The notes below the pieces were generated by a model, which worked only from the letters and a program-made list of their open reading frames with translations, did not search any database and was not told the DNA's origin. A stretch of 64,000 nucleotides of DNA from Psammoneis japonica. Lineage: Eukaryota. Below, in pieces: positions 38,400 to 50,512 of the stretch; the first letter of the stretch is position 1; every line of letters begins with the position of its first letter. The DNA is taken from positions 124,001 to 188,000 of the forward strand of contig QPGO01000001.1 of NCBI GenBank assembly GCA_008632985.1, in the 5' to 3' direction. Made by a program: the position numbers and the translations under genes.

Positions 38400-40260
38400 A
38401 CTTTTGCTGCATTTTCCCATTTCTTTTCATGGGATTTGGAGTTTTTGTGCAAGGAACATGATGGGCCAGTGGTGATGGCATCGAGTTCATTCCATTGAGT
38501 TGGATTTGTTGTTGAAGGTGCGGCGCACAAATTGTGAGAATGGAGCATCAACAAGACGGATTTTTGTGTTGTGCTGCTCTGCTTCTTTGGCACTGTTTCT
38601 CACTTTTGTCATCATTTCGATGTTTGTGCTGTGAGGTGTCTGTGAGGCTTGGGTTTTTTTGGTGCTGACTTGCTCTTCAGAGCTTGTCGTTGAATGATCA
38701 AAATTGAGTTTCAACTGGAATGTGTGGTCAAGAGTTGGTGGCGGTGACATGTCAACACCTTTTTGGCAGATTTTTGTGGTTCTTGTTTCATTTTCAATGA
38801 AAGCTGCACAAAGAATCTGATGGGCTTTTGGTTTTGTTGTGCAAAATTTCATTTTGCAGATGGGTTTGTCCCAAATGATGCTTCAATTGGAAGAGACACT
38901 CCAGCAATGTCATTGATTGAAAAAGGAAGACTGCAAGCTGCAGCTCCACCTTGTTGTTGGAAAAATGAGGTCATGTGGAAGCACTGTCAAGCCATGGCAT
39001 TTGCAAAGACACAGCCCCAGTGGAAATGGGCAGGACCTGCAAACATGATCACTCAGAATGGATGAGGAATGTTGTGGCAAAGCCAAAGTCAAATTGAGTT
39101 TTCCACTCTTGCACTGCTCTCTGCGGGCCTCTGTTGAGCCTCCAGTGACAACTTGCAAGTGGTGCTGGGGCCTGCCTTTAGATTCATCCACCATTTGATG
39201 TTGCGGGGGGTGTTTGAAGTGGCCTCTGGTTGGCAAACTCTTGTTCACATTGACAAGTCACTCCATCAAGAAATGACATGAGTGCAGTCAAGGTTGGTTT
39301 TTAGATGGCATGCTCTCCATTGTGTTGTTGCAAAAATCAGAGCTGCAATGCACCATGCAACAAATTGGTTGCTTCCTCTGCAAATGCATGGAAGGTGCAG
39401 TCGCCAAAGAGGGGCAAGGGTTGGTGCAACGTGTGGAGCTCAACTGAGGAGTGCAACATGGGCTGCATTCCCAGGACAATGTGGAGGCAGATGGAAAGAA
39501 TGCAACTTGGAGCGCAGCTGTGTGGGGTCTGGTGCTTGTCCTCCTGCAACATTGCCAGGGGGCACAGACACCGACTTCTGCTGCATCAACCTGTGGCACC
39601 CTCCATGACACACAGGGGTTGAGACAATGCAAAAAGGAAATGATCATGACAATGGCCTGCTTTGCATTGCTGACATCTGCACCTGCTTTTGCTGCATTTT
39701 CCTGTTTCTTTTTGCATCATTTTGGAGATCATGTGCACAAGGAACATGGTGGGCCAGTGGTGCTTGTGTTGAGTTCATTCCATTGAGTCAGATTTGTTTC
39801 CAAAGGTGTGGCACACAAATTGTGAGAATGGAGCATCAACATGGCTGATGGATTTTTGTGAGATGTGCCATTGTGTCTTTGGCATTGTTTCTCTCTTCTT
39901 GTCATCATTTTGACATTTGTGCTGTGAGGTGTCTGCGGAGCTTTGGTTTTTTGGCGCTGACTTGCTCTTCAGAGCTCATTGTTGAATGATCAAAATTGAG
40001 CTTCAGCTGGAATTTGTCTTCAAGAATTGGCACTGGTGACATCTCAACATCTCTTTGGCAGACATTTGTGGCTCTTGTTTCATTTTCAATGGAAGCTGCG
40101 CAAGGAATGAGGTGGGGCTGGTTTCATCACAATGAAAATCTGCTCCACAGATGGGTTTGTCCCAAATGATGCTTCAACTGGGAGGGTCACTCCAGCAGTG
40201 TCATCAATTGAAAAAGGAAGACTGCAAGCTGCGACCCCACCTTGTTGTCAGAAAAATGAG
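38400..40260. repeat. ~560-bp direct repeat pair (38400-38970 and 39685-40260)
   Basis: caaggaacatg.tgggccagtggtg...gagttcattccattgagt...gttgaatgatcaaaattgag...gaaaaaggaagactgcaagctgc is present twice. Confidence 0.88.
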
Positions 40261-41097
40261 CCACCTTGCCATCGATGTCACAGTTCCCAAAACACCTCTG
40301 CTTGGATCTCCTGACATGCCTGACCTTGCCTGAGACACCACAACCAAGGCACACCATGTGAGTGCAAAACGTGGAAGTTCCGTGGAACTCGTGAAACTCA
40401 AGACAGCACCGCCACAATTGCCTCCCTCAACAAAGTTGGCATTTGCCTTGTGCCACTTGCCGCTGACCATCTCAGCACCCCCGGATGCTTTGCTCACCAC
40501 CTGCTCTTCAAAGCCAAGTTCCAACCAAGGTCACCCCCTCTCTTCTCCTCCTCCACCACCGCCCTGGAGCTCAGAGCCCTCCTTCCAACACCCAGCTGTG
40601 TGTGCTGCCTGTGCCAGCACCAACACCCAACTCTCTCCATCTGACCTCCTTCCTGCTGCTGCAGCTTCCTGGACTGCCAGATTTGAGCTCAAACCCACCA
40701 TGCAACCACTCCCACTCAATGGGGCCTCCAGAGCCTCAGCCCAACCATCAAAAAATCCCTTGCTGCTGACCAACTTCTCTGCCGCTCCTCCAAACTCCAT
40801 GTGCCCAACTTGCTGCTCCCACCCCCAGAACCCATCCGTTCCCCACCCACATGATGCACCACGTCATCTGTGCCTCACACCGAACCACTCTAGAGGTGAC
40901 GTGGCACATGAACTTCTCACAGGCACGCACTCCACTCTGGAGCCAGAGAGCAGAGAGGCAGTCACCTTAACAACAAAACAAAGCGAAAAATTAAAAACAC
41001 ACCATGACACCGGTGCAATGAACGCGATGCGCTTTCTACAACGAAAATAACTACAAAAATACAGTGATGCAAACGGATGAAACACAAACATACATTT

Positions 41098-43512
41098 CTA
41101 ATTGTCGTTTACCGTGAATGCGTACGTAGATCCAGATTGCCTGCCATTGACGTCAGCCAACGGTGCACCAACTCCGACGACGCTTCCGTCGGCCAACAAG
41201 GACACGGAATGTCCAAAATAATCACCTGCAGCCTCGCCATTCAAAGGATCTCCAACTTGCTTCCATTCATCTGCAATGCTGTCGTGCTGAAAGATTCGAA
41301 CTTGACCCGCCTTGTCCAATCCATTGATTCCGACTGCCAAGACGTTTCCATTGCCACTCAACGACACTGAGTATCCAAAACCATCACGAGGATGTTGTGT
41401 CAAGAGAGTTTGGCCACGTTGATTCCAAGTCGAAGTCGAGCGGTCGTGCGAATAAACCAAAACTCTCTCGTTGTTAAATCCAGGTGCTCCCACGGCCACG
41501 ATCAAACCGCTGTCGTCAAGAGAAATAGAATGTCCAAACAAACCATCAATGACTTGTCCATTGATTCGATCACCCAACAGATCCCATCTTGACGAGGCAG
41601 AATTGTATTCATACACCAACACTTGGCCAGCATGGGTTCCACCTGAATCATTGTAAAGCGCTCCAACGCCAACAATGGTTCCCTGCACATTCAAGGAAAT
41701 GGAAACACCAAAATGATCATCAGCAGCTTGGCCAATGAGTGTTTGTCCGAGTTGGTTCCAGGATGAAGAGCCGTGGTTGTATTGAAACAATTGAACCGAT
41801 CCAGAATCAGAGCCATTATCTGTGTCATCACCCCGTGCTCCCACGGCAAGAATGTCTCCCGAGTCCGAGAGCGACACGGAAGAACCAAACCAATCAACAG
41901 CGTCTTGTCCAAGAATGTCGCTGCCGAGTTGGACCCAACGATCCGATGCCGAGTTGTATTCAAACACACGAACGTGACCGGCATTCGTTCCGCCACTGTC
42001 ATTTGCATCAGCTCCAACCGCAAGAATTGTGCCGTCGCCATTTAACGAAACAGAATTGCCAAAATCGTCATGATCGGCTTGTCCAATCAATTCTTGGCCA
42101 ATTTGTATCCATTGTTGGGTACTTGGATTGTATTGTTGCACAACAACATAGCCGGGATTGGAGGAAAAATCATCCCATTGATTCGCTCCGACAGCCATGA
42201 CACTGCCATCACTAGACAAGGAGACGGATTTGCCAAAACGATCACTTGCAGCTTTGCCGTGCAAGACTTGGCCGACGGGATTCCACGAACCGTTTTGCGG
42301 AAAAGTTGGATCCTCTTCACCAACTGCAACAAAAGCATGTTGGGCACTCGCACCGAAATCACCCGATCCGTCTACCAGGAGTTTACTTTCATCCGTTGTG
42401 TCAGCGCTGTCGTAGAGCTTGTAGTAGCCGCCAACGATTCCGTCACCCCCCGTGTCGAAAATGTTAAACAGACATTCTTTTGCGCGAACAACGTCGATTT
42501 GCGCGGAGACAAGGCTGTTTGGTTTGCCCCCATACGTGCCAGGAGGAAAGGCAATGAGCTCCATTGCATCACAGTCCACTTCCCATCCAGTCTCTTCCGG
42601 TTTGTTGTCCAACTGGATGACGACTGATACGACCGTTGTTGCTAGTCGTGCGGCGTCTTTCTTTGTAGCTTGGATGGCAACCACTGCAATTACTGCCGCA
42701 AGGATAAACATCGCCACAATCAGAATGAGTCGCCTCCAACGTCGTGTTTCCGTTGTTGCTTCGTCACTGCTCTTGTTCCCTACCGCCACAACTCCCTCTG
42801 CCGCGACAGCTGACTCAGCCAAGACACGACGAATCTGCAAGTCAATGTTCTCCCCTTGCGCGTCGTCGGCTACCTCGGCTGCAATAGGAAAAGAGAGAGG
42901 CGAGGTATCATCTGGCAAATCCGACCCCGAAAACATTCCAGCATCATCCAGCTCTTGATATGGAACGCGCCCACTATCAGTTCTGTCTCCCTCCGTATAC
43001 GCTCCAGGACTCGAAGGCGCCCGAGACGGTGCCGATTCAATATCTCTTCTTTCGTCGGTGTCACCAGAGTATGCCAGCATGGTCACACCCGGAGTATCAA
43101 AAACATCTGCATGCTTGTGTCTCTTCGTGTGCAGCACATCTGCTGCACTATCTCCTTCGTGTGCCGGTACACCCGCAAACTCAGGAACGCCGCCATCACC
43201 TGAATCGAGATACTGCTTCTTGTCCACAATAACCCTCTTCTTGGCTGCACTTCCTTTCATGTCGTTGCGATTGGTTGGAGAGGGGGGATACCCAACTTGA
43301 CGGGGACGACGACGACGACTTTGCTTGGACTTGCTGCTTGGTGGGGATTCCCATGATCCATCAGGCTTCACCATGGAAAACTCTTCTGGACGACTGCTAA
43401 TTCCCTCGTCGTTCGATTTCTGCGTTGCAAAATCATGGGGCAACGACGGAGGCAACGACGAAACCTCATCTGGTTCCTCTCCAACGCGCCCGGATGGATG
43501 ACGGTGTGACAT
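41098..43512 (-). CDS. Single-pass membrane protein with FG-GAP (integrin-alpha-like) beta-propeller, paralog 1 (804 aa)
   Basis: Intact ORF. Disordered N-terminus with PGAY; TM LILIVAMFILAAVIAVVAI after RRWRR; small extra domain (LDNKPEETGW...DTGGDGI); seven FGxSVSLSxDGxxxAVGA repeats. Confidence 0.92.
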   Translation of the reverse strand: MSHRHPSGRVGEEPDEVSSLPPSLPHDFATQKSNDEGISSRPEEFSMVKPDGSWESPPSSKSKQSRRRRPRQVGYPPSPTNRNDMKGSAAKKRVIVDKKQYLDSGDGGVPEFAGVPAHEGDSAADVLHTKRHKHADVFDTPGVTMLAYSGDTDERRDIESAPSRAPSSPGAYTEGDRTDSGRVPYQELDDAGMFSGSDLPDDTSPLSFPIAAEVADDAQGENIDLQIRRVLAESAVAAEGVVAVGNKSSDEATTETRRWRRLILIVAMFILAAVIAVVAIQATKKDAARLATTVVSVVIQLDNKPEETGWEVDCDAMELIAFPPGTYGGKPNSLVSAQIDVVRAKECLFNIFDTGGDGIVGGYYKLYDSADTTDESKLLVDGSGDFGASAQHAFVAVGEEDPTFPQNGSWNPVGQVLHGKAASDRFGKSVSLSSDGSVMAVGANQWDDFSSNPGYVVVQQYNPSTQQWIQIGQELIGQADHDDFGNSVSLNGDGTILAVGADANDSGGTNAGHVRVFEYNSASDRWVQLGSDILGQDAVDWFGSSVSLSDSGDILAVGARGDDTDNGSDSGSVQLFQYNHGSSSWNQLGQTLIGQAADDHFGVSISLNVQGTIVGVGALYNDSGGTHAGQVLVYEYNSASSRWDLLGDRINGQVIDGLFGHSISLDDSGLIVAVGAPGFNNERVLVYSHDRSTSTWNQRGQTLLTQHPRDGFGYSVSLSGNGNVLAVGINGLDKAGQVRIFQHDSIADEWKQVGDPLNGEAAGDYFGHSVSLLADGSVVGVGAPLADVNGRQSGSTYAFTVNDN

Positions 43513-43569
43513 GTGGTGATGAACGAGCCAAAACCTGCTGCAGCGCGCATAGTGAGAATAATAATAATA

Positions 43570-44091
43570 ATCATGTTGGAACTGCTGATGGGACTTCTCA
43601 AAGTACGATTCTTGAATGATTGGTTGACAAGACTTACCGCAGATAGTTGATGTGATTGTGACTAACTTATCGCTTTCAATGCTGCTGTTCGCTTGTCGCT
43701 TTCAATGCAATCGTATTCTTCTTTTGTTTTCTGTGTGAGAAGGTTCGGGCAAAAACGAAGAAGAGGAAGAATCATGTTGGAACTGCTGATGGGACTGCTC
43801 AAAGTACAATTAATAAATGATTGTTTGACAAGACTTACCGCAGATAGTTGATCTGATGGTGACTTCCTTATCGCTTTCAATGCTGCTGTCGCTTCCAATG
43901 CAATCGTATGTTCTTCTTCTGTTTTCTTTATGAGAACGTTGGGGCGAAAAGGAAGAAGGAGAAGAAGAAGAGTCATGTTGGAACTGTTGATGGGACTGCT
44001 CAAAGTACAATTCTTAAACGATTGTTTGACAAGACTTACCGCAGATGTTGATCTGATGGTGACTTCCTTATCGCTTTCAATGCTGCTGTCG
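43570..44091. repeat. 201-bp tandem repeat (~2.6 copies) immediately upstream of propeller gene 1
   Basis: catgttggaactg at 43572, 43773 and 43974; ttgacaagacttaccgcagat three times. TA retained. Confidence 0.92.
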
Positions 44092-44422
44092 CTAACCTTC
44101 CCAATTCTCGCGTGACTCCTTGTAGAAGCCACAGCCTCTCTGGTACAGCATGTATCGAAAAAGAGGGTACCAGCTACCAGCGCAAGTGGTGTTCTCGTTT
44201 TATCTGACGCTGACACGATATGAGTGCCGAGTGCCTGTTGTACACGCAGGAGTTGACGTCATCGTTGACACGAGAGTTCGGGTAACCTCATTGCTGCTCC
44301 TGCTCCAATAACATGTATGACAGCATGAGTGTCAGTGTGCATCGACTCCATTGCAGCGGATGTTTCGCTCTCGATGTAAGCGCTGTGAGCTATGCGTCGT
44401 CGTCATGGTGGGTGTCTTGTTA

Positions 44423-46129
44423 CTACAAATTGCTAAACACTTGGCAAAAACGCGCGTAAAGCTCCTTCGTTCGCCCTCTGAAGGGAAAATTTCTCTTCGT
44501 TGCGATTTTGTACCAGAGCCCTGTAGAAATGTACAGCGCAAAGTCTTGCCGCTTTGAGACTCACAAACTCCCCCCGACAACACAACACGGTGAAGCACGG
44601 GAATGTATCCGACAATGGCGGTACCTATTATCATCGATGCTGCAGCTCTTAACCACTCTCCCTTGCTTCAGCATGCTCTTAACGGCAACAAAATAGAGCT
44701 GTGGTGTTTGCTTTGTTTCCGTTGGCGCTTTCACTCACATTTGTTCTCTGTTTGCGCTATTTTGACATCCCGGTTGGCGTTTCGCGTAGTGTTTGCTTTT
44801 GTTCAGTGGCATTGAGGCTTAAGTTGTCTTTCAACAACCAAAGCTTGTGAAAGCTGTTTGAATGTTGATTACACGGTGTTGCAGTGTGGGTGTTCGAGGT
44901 GGTGGAAGGGCCACAAATGGCTCGCGCTCAAGAAAAACAATTGATCGCATGACTCGTCTTTCTCATGACTGGGATCTTGAACCGGGGAATGCAGTCCACA
45001 AAGCGAAATGACAGATAGATGCGCCAGAAGGTAGAGTTCAATTTTGTTGAAGAAATTGAGTGCAAGGCACGGGAGTGCAAACATGACCTTTTTTCTGTCG
45101 GCAGAGCGAGTGGCTCGCTCTCAACTCTTTGTGTCGCAAATCGAAGAAGAGAGCAGAAGTTTCTGTCTTGTAGTTTTAAAGGTAATAGATCTGAGAACTG
45201 TGGCAGCATTGTAAAGGATCAGCTGGAATGCTTGTCATCGACAGAGTTTAAAAATGCAGCATCGTGCATTTGCGACACCTGACACCGGTTGAACACTGTC
45301 CTCTTGTGGCATTGTAGTGCTGTGTCTTACAACTTTTTGCTGCCAACATTAAGCTAACTAAAGATTTCTCTAGTTTTCTTTCATCAGAGAGGGAAAGTCG
45401 GCAGAGCATCCGAAGAGAAACATCAAAGACAACTTTTTTGCATCCAGCTTTCATCCGACTTTTGTCTTCTGGTTTTGCACCCCATTTCTCTGATTCTCTT
45501 TAGCAGATGCCATGCTTGCCTCTATATGTTCAAGTTCAAAATGACTGTAGTGTATCATTCATTCATCAACAGTGTTCAACTCAGCAATCATTCGCAACCC
45601 GCCACCGGCAAAAAGGGTGGCGAGACAATCACACACGAAGCAGCCTCCAGAGGAATCTTCAACTGGTCAACTGCCAACTTTTTGTACCTACATCCAATAA
45701 ACCGATTGTCCCGGGAATGGCACAATTGAATTGAGCTTCTATTGGCGAATCGCGACGACAGTGTGACGCATCCCTTGCAACACTGGCAAGAGGAAACCCA
45801 CGATGCTTTTTTGACTTGGACCTCAACTTCAATGCACTTGCTTCGATCAAAACCACATCACCTGTCATACATGCAGGTCTAATTGACCGTACTACATGAT
45901 CGTAGTGACAGAAAGTGCGGTGAAGGGTGGCGCCATTGTCGCAAACTACCGACGGCGTTTCACGCATTGTCTCGTGTTGTTCAGCGAGAGGCGCGAGTGA
46001 CGCGTCGGAGGGAGTTTCTGTAGAATTCTACGTGGACTGGTACAATCGTTCAACGAATGGAAATTTTCCCTTCAGAGGCGAACGAAGGTGCTTTACGCGC
46101 GTTTTTGCCAAGTGTTTAGCAATTTGTAG
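44423..46129. mobile_element. Non-autonomous TIR element with TA target-site duplication (Tc1/mariner-like)
   Basis: ~110-bp TIR ctacaaattgctaaacacttggcaaaaacgcgcgtaaagc... and its reverse complement ending at 46129; TA at 44421-22 and 46130-31. No recognisable transposase. Confidence 0.88.
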
Positions 46130-46789
46130 TATTATTGGCGCTGAGTTTAGACTACCGGTGTGTTCTGGGTGTCCCCACGCAATCGGGGTGGAGGTGGCAC
46201 GGACGGACGAAGGCACAAAACCACAGCATGCTGTAGCGCTTGGTACAAAATTACGTGCGTACTTCACCGTGTTAAAAACTGGAAACCACGGCGAAAGCAC
46301 GAAGGAAAGAGACAATCTATTTCCTGCCCTGTTTAACACTGGGACGTATCTTGACTTCACATGCTGATTCAACAGACACACTTGACAATAAGCAATGATC
46401 GTCTACTGAAAGAATCTACTTTATCAGTCATTTAGACCCTCACAAAATGTCTCCAGTTAATTGCTGGCGATTTGCGCGGCAATTTGGCGAGCGATTCACC
46501 GTACTTTACCGTGGTGAAACAAGGATTGTCCAACATTTTCGATTTAACAACAGCAGCCCACTTCACTGTGCAGGGAACTGGCCAAGCATGACTCAGGAAT
46601 GAAGTTGGAGCCACTCAATTTAAGAGTTGACAAAAAAACGAAAATGGCTTGACTTGGAACCCTGATGGAGCCACAAAGTGCACAAGATGTGAGCATCGCT
46701 GGTCTCTTGCAAGTGGTGGCCGCGGCGAGGAGCAGAACAAAGCAAGACACACCAGAAGCAGCAGCATGACATTGCTGAGTTTGGCAAAT

Positions 46790-48695
46790 CATGCATCCAC
46801 CCCACCCCCACCCCACATGGGATCAGTTGACATTTTGCCACCAGCGCTGTTGGCACTGGATCTACCGTCCTTGTTGTCACTGACACCGCTCTTGTTGTCA
46901 CTCTTCTTGTTGTTGCCATCATTTGTGGTTGCTGACAGAGGGTGCAAAGATGTTGAGACGCGTTCCAGGTCTAGGTGGGACCTCGTGCTACTGAACTGTG
47001 ACATCGATAGTTTTTTGAATCACGTCGTATGTCGCGCACGTAGATTTCTACGTGATTTCTTCGATATTTTGTGTCATTTTACGGTACACTTATTGAGCGA
47101 TCCGTCCAACAACTTTTGACATTTTTTGTTACAGCGCGATTCTATAATGTCTTAAGAATCGCGTAGGGCAGGCGCATTTGCAGAAACGTCGAGTGGCAAG
47201 AGGCATAATTGTACCACAAACTTGGCAGTTCATTTGATGTTGAAGATAAATATATCCATTAATTAAATTCTAGCACTGCGGAGCTCGCACGTAGAATTCT
47301 ACGGGCCCAATGTCACACGGAGTCCCACCTAGGACTGGAACCCGTCTTGACATCTCCAATGTTGCCATCGCGTTTGCTGTCCCTGCCATTGTCAATTGCT
47401 GCTGCAGCAGCAGCAGCAGCAGGTGCTGTCAGCAGGACAAAAACATCTGTGAAAGGGTTGGGTGGTTTTGGTTGGCAGCTGGTTTCCCCATCAATGTTTT
47501 CTTTTGTCTTGTCATGGCTGCAACTGGCAAGCCTGCCTCGCCTGCCAGCCACTTGGACATTGCATCCAGCAGGTGCTGCCCCAGGTTTTTTGCCAAAGCA
47601 CTGTCAAATTGCAACACCCACAGACTCCACTGCACCTCAAACAAGGTGCAAATCTTTTCCAAATGTGCTTCCACCAAGAAGCCCAGTGTGGTTTCCAAAT
47701 GTGCTTCCATCTCAAGGCCAATGTGGGTGGTTCTTACGTGGATGATTTGGGAATGACATGCTTGCTCAAGCACCAACGTCATTGAGGGCAGTGTCTTCAA
47801 AGTCTTTGCTGTGTTTGGAGTGAAACTGGTTTTTGATTGGAGGCAATTTTGGCAATGTCCATGCAATCACATGCTCAACAGGAGGAGTTGTTGCAGCTCT
47901 CAGAGTCATTGTGCAGAAATTGTGCAGGACACAGCACCACACCACAAATGGTTGTTGTCACAGTCAGTCTGTCTGTCTGCATCTGAGCATCAACTTCTTG
48001 GGAAATCAATTGAAGTGTCATCTGATCAAAGGTGCTGCTCTTTGCCATGTGACCAAAACTGCCTCTTTGGTCAGATGACATTTCAGCTGAGTTCCCGCAA
48101 AGTTGGCAGCTCTGATCACTCTCTCACATGACATTGTGTGCATTTCTGCATGATTTTGCATTTTTCCTCATGAAAAATGTCAATTGTGACTGATGCAATG
48201 TTTTTGAATGACTCCCATTGCTGCTCAACAAATCATTGTGGAAACACACAACCACAAATCAGGTGGGCACACATCTTGGGATGTTCCAACAACTTGGTGT
48301 ACTCCACCAACAACTTGCATTTGAGCTGCACAGTTTTGCTTGCTGCAGCGGCATTGTTCTTTCCAAAATCAGAGCTTCGGCACAAACTCTTTCCAGGTCC
48401 TCCTTGGGCGGATCTTTGCTCGACATGAAAATTTGAAAAGGGCTCAATGCCATTTTCAATTCTGAGGAAAGTGTGAAAGAGAAGGCAAGAGAAGGAGTCA
48501 GGAGCATGAAAGAGGGAGCACACAAGAGTGCGCGAGCTTGTGCAGCAGCAACAACAGCGAGCCAACAACGCTCTTTGCAAGCAGCGCAACTCGACTGGTC
48601 GTCACGATGCAGCAACAACATTGAAAAAATTCAAACCACACTGTGTGTCCACAACAACAGCACAATCGCACTGATGGGTGGACTCCTCCAAACAT
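46790..48695 (-). pseudogene. IST1: IST1 pseudogene copy 2, more degenerate, with MITE insertion
   Basis: MFGG (ATG 48695), intron, ELKMALSPFQI, SKDPPKEDLERVCAEALI, VQLKCKLLVEYTKLLEH, CDCMDIA, LVEAHLEKICTLFEVQW, GDV|NIFAP; colinear with copy 1. Confidence 0.82.
46956..47347. mobile_element. MITE copy B (392 bp, ~26-bp TIR, 2-bp TSD tg), not TA-depleted
   Basis: agacgcgttccaggtctaggtgggac / gtcccacctaggactggaacccgtct. The empty site gcaaagacatccacatctcc is seen in IST1 copy 1 (10831-10850). Confidence 0.92.
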
Positions 48696-48967
48696 GGTGA
48701 TTGTCATTGTTGATTCGTGCTGTTTTGTTTTAGTCCATTTCAGCGAGACAGGCGACGCGGGTGATGATTCGTGATTGCGGACTTGCACGAGTCTCAAAAA
48801 CGGAGAGACAGACAGACAGACTCGTCTCGTTGAGCGAGAAGCGAGAACGAAAAATACACCACCATGACACATAACACACGCAATGTACGGTCTACAAAAA
48901 TATGGAATGAACTGCATAAATGCGCAGTGTGATTAATGCAAGAGAATGAAATATACAATACACATCT

Positions 48968-49021
48968 CTAATTGTTATTCACCGTGAATGCATGCGCGGA
49001 TCAGGACCCATCGCCATTGAC
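48968..49021 (-). pseudogene. 3' stub of a fifth beta-propeller paralog
   Basis: Reads VNGDGS*SAHAFTVNNN*, matching the paralog C-termini (VNGxxSGSAYAFTVNxN*). The adjacent 3' flank resembles that of paralog 1. Confidence 0.75.
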
Positions 49022-50369
49022 ACAAAAAAACCAAGTCTCGGTGCGAGAGCAGAAAAAAAAAATGTATCAACCTCGCGATTGATTCATGGCGAGAATGATG
49101 GGGACAATGACTCTGCCGGATTCGCCAATAGCCATAGGACACGAAACAAAATCGAGATCACGTCTTGGCAGAGCCGAGAATTTGAGCAATGTAACTTCGA
49201 TTCATGGGGGTGATGACGACGAAGATTTTCATTTATATTCGACTACAACAAGGAACAAACCGAGGTCTCGTGGCAGAGCGGAGGATCTTGGCAACGTTGC
49301 CTCCATTCATGGTGGCGAGGATGATGGTCTTGGTATCTTTTCAAATAATAGTCCACGAAGCAAGTCAAGATCACGTGGTGGTAGAGCAGAAGATCTTGGC
49401 AATGTGACTTCAATTCACGGGTGTGAAGAAGATGACAATAGCGGATACGCAAGCAGCCGACGAAGCAAATCCAGGTCTCGCGGCAGAGCTCAAGACCTTG
49501 GTAATGTGACGTCCATTCATGGCGGTGACGATGACGATGCTAATTATTCTGGTGGGTATGGAAGCGTCTCAAGAAAGAAATCTGCGACCCGTGGTAGCGC
49601 TGAAAATCGAAGTAATGTAACTTCTATTCATGGTGGGGATGACGATGGCGACAAGTTGGGGGAATCGCGCCTTGATGGCAGAGCAAGATTGGGAGCAAAG
49701 CGGGCAGAGATTCATGGCAATGTATCCTCCATTCATCACGAAGACGATGATGTAGAGTGTTCCTCTCAGTCAAGGGGAAAATCGCGTACCGGACGAGCTG
49801 AGAACCTGTGCATCATGACTTCGATCCATGGAGGCGACAACGAGTACGAGTTGGACAACAGCAAAAGTCTCGAAACAAGTCCCTCCGAAGCAGAGCGAAA
49901 GACCTCAGCGGTGCAAAGTCAATTCATGGTGGTGACAATGACGACGAAGAGTACATTCGGCCAAGGAGTAGTCCCGTGTTGCGACGCAAGCGTGAAGACG
50001 ATGAGTTACACAATGCGAGTTCTTTTCATCGGAGTGAGGCTGATGAGCGCGGTTCTGAAAAGAGGGAAAACAAACTCGTAAATGGGATCCGAAAGAGCAA
50101 CAATAATCATGCCAAGCGTATGGACTCGACAAACGGCAGCGTTGCTGCGATTCGTTACAAAACTTGTGGATGTAATGAATAAAATTGACATGCTCGGCGA
50201 AGTATCGATCGAAGGACGATGCGTCCAATGAAATCAAAGGTTTTGGAAGCGTTTGAAGACGTTGGATCTTTGATGAATCTTGACGCAACTGACCGCAAAG
50301 CACTTGTTCAGCCAATACGGCAGAAAGCTTGCTGATGTTTTGGAGGAGCTTGAATCAGTGGTGCAATGA
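49022..50369 (+). pseudogene. SIHG-repeat protein gene copy 1 (5'-truncated, frameshifted)
   Basis: About ten repeats of KSRSRGRAEDLGNVTSIHGGDDD; C-terminus ...KLADVLEELESVVQ* at 50369; colinear with 56130-57839. Confidence 0.78.
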
Positions 50370-50512
50370 TAGATGGTACGAGAACAAGTTACCTAGCTCT
50401 CGTTCTTTTTATAGAAGAAGCTCTAGTAGCGAGTAAATAGGGTAAATCATTCTATTCTGTTCCCTTGCGATAACTTTGCCAACTTACTTGATAGAAAAGC
50501 ATGAAAACATTT

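Noticed and set aside
36100..38400. Ulp1 peptidase or helicase remnant on the minus strand (PVLLTANYDWEL, VVNKIHL)
   Set aside because: Only weak partial motifs; probably decayed coding DNA but unassignable by eye.
2500..40960. Hundreds of overlapping Cys/His/Gln-rich ORFs as real small proteins
   Set aside because: Explained by loss of TAA/TAG and Tyr codons through TA conversion; they overlap in all six frames and lack coherent domains.
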